Positions 61,711-64,000 of a DNA stretch of 64,000 nt are shown here, piece by piece. This DNA comes from Cenarchaeum sp. (lineage in GTDB: Archaea; Thermoproteota; Nitrososphaeria; Nitrososphaerales; Nitrosopumilaceae): contig OY843584.1 in the NCBI GenBank assembly GCA_963692915.1, positions 544,001 through 608,000 on the forward strand, in the 5' to 3' direction. Both the position numbers and the translations under genes were made by a program. The notes under the pieces are model-generated. The model had not been told where the DNA came from, did not search any database, and saw nothing but the letters and a program-made list of their open reading frames with translations. Positions within the stretch are counted from its first letter, which is position 1. The number at the start of each line of letters is the position of its first letter.

Positions 61711-62556
61711 GTGCCATGCCGCAACGGCCCCAATCCACATAAAAGCAGGACCCGTGCTAGCCCTGACGTGTCAGGTGCAGGAAACTCGAATCGCAGTGTG
61801 GACGACGAGAACGTCCTGCGCAGGATGCTTGGACGCGGCGAGGCCAAGACAGTCGACGCCGAGACGCTCATCATGGAGGTCCAAAAGCACGTCACTGCCG
61901 CCCTGGAGAGCGGCTACGAGTACAACACGACGCTAGAAAAGTCAGATGCCTTTCTGCGTGAGAGGATCCTCTCGAGAATGGACATCGTGGTGATGTATGT
62001 AGACCTTGTGGGCTCTACAGAGATTGCCCTCAAGCTTCCAGTTGACAGGGTTGCCACGATAATCAGCGCATTTGCGCAAGAGATGGCCCGCGTAGTCACG
62101 AGACACGAGGGTCTCGTCCTAAAGTTTGTCGGTGATGCCGTACTCTCGTACTTTGTCGCCGACGAGAATTCGCTCAGGGCAGCTGACAGTGCCGTGAGAT
62201 GCGCAATGGCCATGATCGACGTCATAAACAGGGGGATAAACCCCATACTCGGAAAGACAGGTCATCCCGAACTAAAGATAAAGATCGGCCTGGACTTTGG
62301 CACTGGCATAATCGTCAGGTATGGGGCAGATGAGCAAAAATCATACGTGGACATTCTTGGACCGCCGATGAACATTGCCGCAAAGATCCAGTCGCACGCA
62401 AGACCCAACCAGATACTCATTGGCCACGACGTGTACTCGCGTCTTCATCCCGCGGCCCAGGAGGAGTTTGCCGCAGTCGTGTGGGCTGGGGGAGAGTGGA
62501 AGTACAAGTCACGCGAGACTGGCGAGCTCTACAAGGTGTATGAGCACAAGACCTAG
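61711..62556 (+). CDS. Class III adenylate cyclase (start uncertain)
   Basis: YVDLVGST, LKFVGDAV, KIGLDFG, DILG..MNIAAKIQ. Confidence 0.9.
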   Translation: MPCRNGPNPHKSRTRASPDVSGAGNSNRSVDDENVLRRMLGRGEAKTVDAETLIMEVQKHVTAALESGYEYNTTLEKSDAFLRERILSRMDIVVMYVDLVGSTEIALKLPVDRVATIISAFAQEMARVVTRHEGLVLKFVGDAVLSYFVADENSLRAADSAVRCAMAMIDVINRGINPILGKTGHPELKIKIGLDFGTGIIVRYGADEQKSYVDILGPPMNIAAKIQSHARPNQILIGHDVYSRLHPAAQEEFAAVVWAGGEWKYKSRETGELYKVYEHKT

Positions 62557-62702
62557 GCGGTCCATCGCCCGGGGCACTCGACATGCTCATAGTGGTGCTC
62601 GGTGAGGCGCTCGTTAATGACATACATGACAATCTTGTGGAGATCCATCTCGCCAATCTCGCCGCTGCACCTGTCGCACCTCTTTGCGCCGTGTTCTGCC
62701 AT
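62553..62702 (-). CDS. Small Zn-finger-like protein (49 aa)
   Basis: MAEHGAKRCDRC...YEHVECPGRWTA (CxxC...HxxC); TTATAC upstream. Confidence 0.65.
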   Translation of the reverse strand: MAEHGAKRCDRCSGEIGEMDLHKIVMYVINERLTEHHYEHVECPGRWTA

Positions 62703-63111
62703 TGTGGAGCGCCCCGTGAAACCGCCTTTAGTATAAGGATCGGAGATTAGCAGATATTGAGCAACAGTGACCCGGCGTCAATTTCACGCACAAATCCGCG
62801 TCACCGTAGACCCACGTGCGGCGGTTACACATGGGCCGGCAGCCGACCCACACGGTGTGCATGCCCAGGCGCATTTAGCACTCAAGTGGCATACAGGCCA
62901 CAGCAGTCAGCGCCACGTCGACGAACAGCGTGGCAAATGTCCGGACTGGCAGTGGGCGGATTGGTGTTCTGGCCTGCTTGCGTCCTGACACCGCGTTCTC
63001 ACTCCCGATGGCTCTGTGCACCTCACCAGGCATCCCAGTTTGTCATTCGTGCATGGCACAAGGCCGCACGCGACAAGACAGTAATATACTGGCATCCCGG
63101 AGCCTCCTGCC

Positions 63112-63486
63112 ATGGACACGGGAACAGCACCGTTGACGCGCGCATTGCAGGGCGCCCCATCGTGGGATCCCGAGTCTCTCTCGAGGCTTCCACCCGGAAT
63201 GTCCCTGCCATCCATACGGCCGGCCAATGCGGCATCCCGCACGCCTGCCATTCGCCTAGGTGCCACAATCGGTGACTATCGCGACGCGCACAGAATGTAC
63301 ACGATGGGTCTGCTCACAATGCCATCCTCGCCGCCGGTGCCGCCAGGCCACCCGCTCTATGCGCAAAACTCCACCCTCGGCGTTCTTCGTGACGAGAACG
63401 AGCGCCTAAAGGCCGAGAACACAAAGCTTCGCGACGAGCTAGAGCACCGCACGCGCGAGTCCGGCGGCCAGCCTAGGCCGGCGTGA
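63112..63486 (+). CDS. Pro-rich hypothetical protein with C-terminal coiled coil
   Basis: LRDENERLKAENTKLRDEL; AATATA upstream. Confidence 0.6.
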   Translation: MDTGTAPLTRALQGAPSWDPESLSRLPPGMSLPSIRPANAASRTPAIRLGATIGDYRDAHRMYTMGLLTMPSSPPVPPGHPLYAQNSTLGVLRDENERLKAENTKLRDELEHRTRESGGQPRPA

Positions 63487-63889
63487 ATCCCTGATACCCG
63501 CCACCACTCTGCTGCGTCGAGTCCTTGAATGACGGCTCAAAGAGCGATATCATATAGCTGTCAGGATCCAGTATTATCGCGTTCTTGCCGGCCTCGTGCT
63601 CTACTATGTCACGATAGACCTTGACGCCCTTGGGCGCAAGCTCCTCGAGCGCCGACTTTACGTCACCGACTACAAATCCTATGATGATCCCGTTCTCTAT
63701 GGAGCTGCCCATGTGCTCGGCGGTCAGCGACGCGGGGTGGATGCTGAGGAGCGCTCCCGTGGTGCCAAGGTCCACCCATGTTCTCCGCTGGCTCTTTATC
63801 GGCATGCCGATGACATTGTGGTAAAAGTCGACTGAGCGGTCAAGATCCTTGACAGCGAGTATGACGTTACCGAGCCTCTTGATGTTCAC
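63473..63889 (-). CDS. VOC/glyoxalase family protein
   Basis: LAVKDLDRSVDFY...G, ILDPD. Confidence 0.9.
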   Translation of the reverse strand: MNIKRLGNVILAVKDLDRSVDFYHNVIGMPIKSQRRTWVDLGTTGALLSIHPASLTAEHMGSSIENGIIIGFVVGDVKSALEELAPKGVKVYRDIVEHEAGKNAIILDPDSYMISLFEPSFKDSTQQSGGGYQGFTPA

Positions 63890-63925
63890 GATTCGCGCAC
63901 CATGCCTCCCTTGTTAAAACCCTTA

Positions 63926-64000
63926 CTATTTGACCTCCATCATAGTCTCGGTTCTCTCCACGCCGCTTATTTTCTGGACCTTTGCCACGACATCCTTGAC
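63926..64000 (-). CDS. C-terminus of a probable Lrp/AsnC ligand-binding domain protein (partial)
   Basis: VAKVQKISGVERTETM* pattern. Confidence 0.55.
   Translation of the reverse strand, partial: VKDVVAKVQKISGVERTETMMEVK

Noticed and set aside
61711-62556. Cyclase as the Pycsar partner of the 36.1 kb membrane protein
   Set aside because: It is 25 kb away, has core-like GC, and carries the adenine-specifying Lys/Asp residues

Overview
A 64 kb GC-rich archaeal segment whose gene content points to Thaumarchaeota (Nitrosopumilaceae, Cenarchaeum-like). Markers include F420 genes cofC/cofD, an ESCRT-III/CdvB paralog, proteasome alpha, archaeal GAPDH and a split S10-spc ribosomal cluster without rpl2. 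The core carries RNase P RNA, tRNA-Asn, 15 ribosomal-protein genes, and biotin, purine, mevalonate and amino-acid genes. Several lower-GC accessory patches are embedded in it. The strongest candidate for an undescribed system is a translationally coupled gene pair at 11282-14220. The first gene encodes a MORC-type GHKL ATPase whose C-terminus resembles an AbiEi antitoxin domain; the second encodes an AbiEii-type nucleotidyltransferase toxin. Other notable items are a putative ~250-nt structured RNA bracketed by two copies of a 22-26 bp perfect palindrome, a very AT-rich patch, three exact tandem arrays, and two type II R-M systems. One R-M system has an ATA-start endonuclease and a neighbouring EVE gene. 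There is also a duplicated small gene plus a membrane-effector-like gene inside the bio cluster, and several unannotated small proteins. All family calls come from motif recognition by eye, not database searches.
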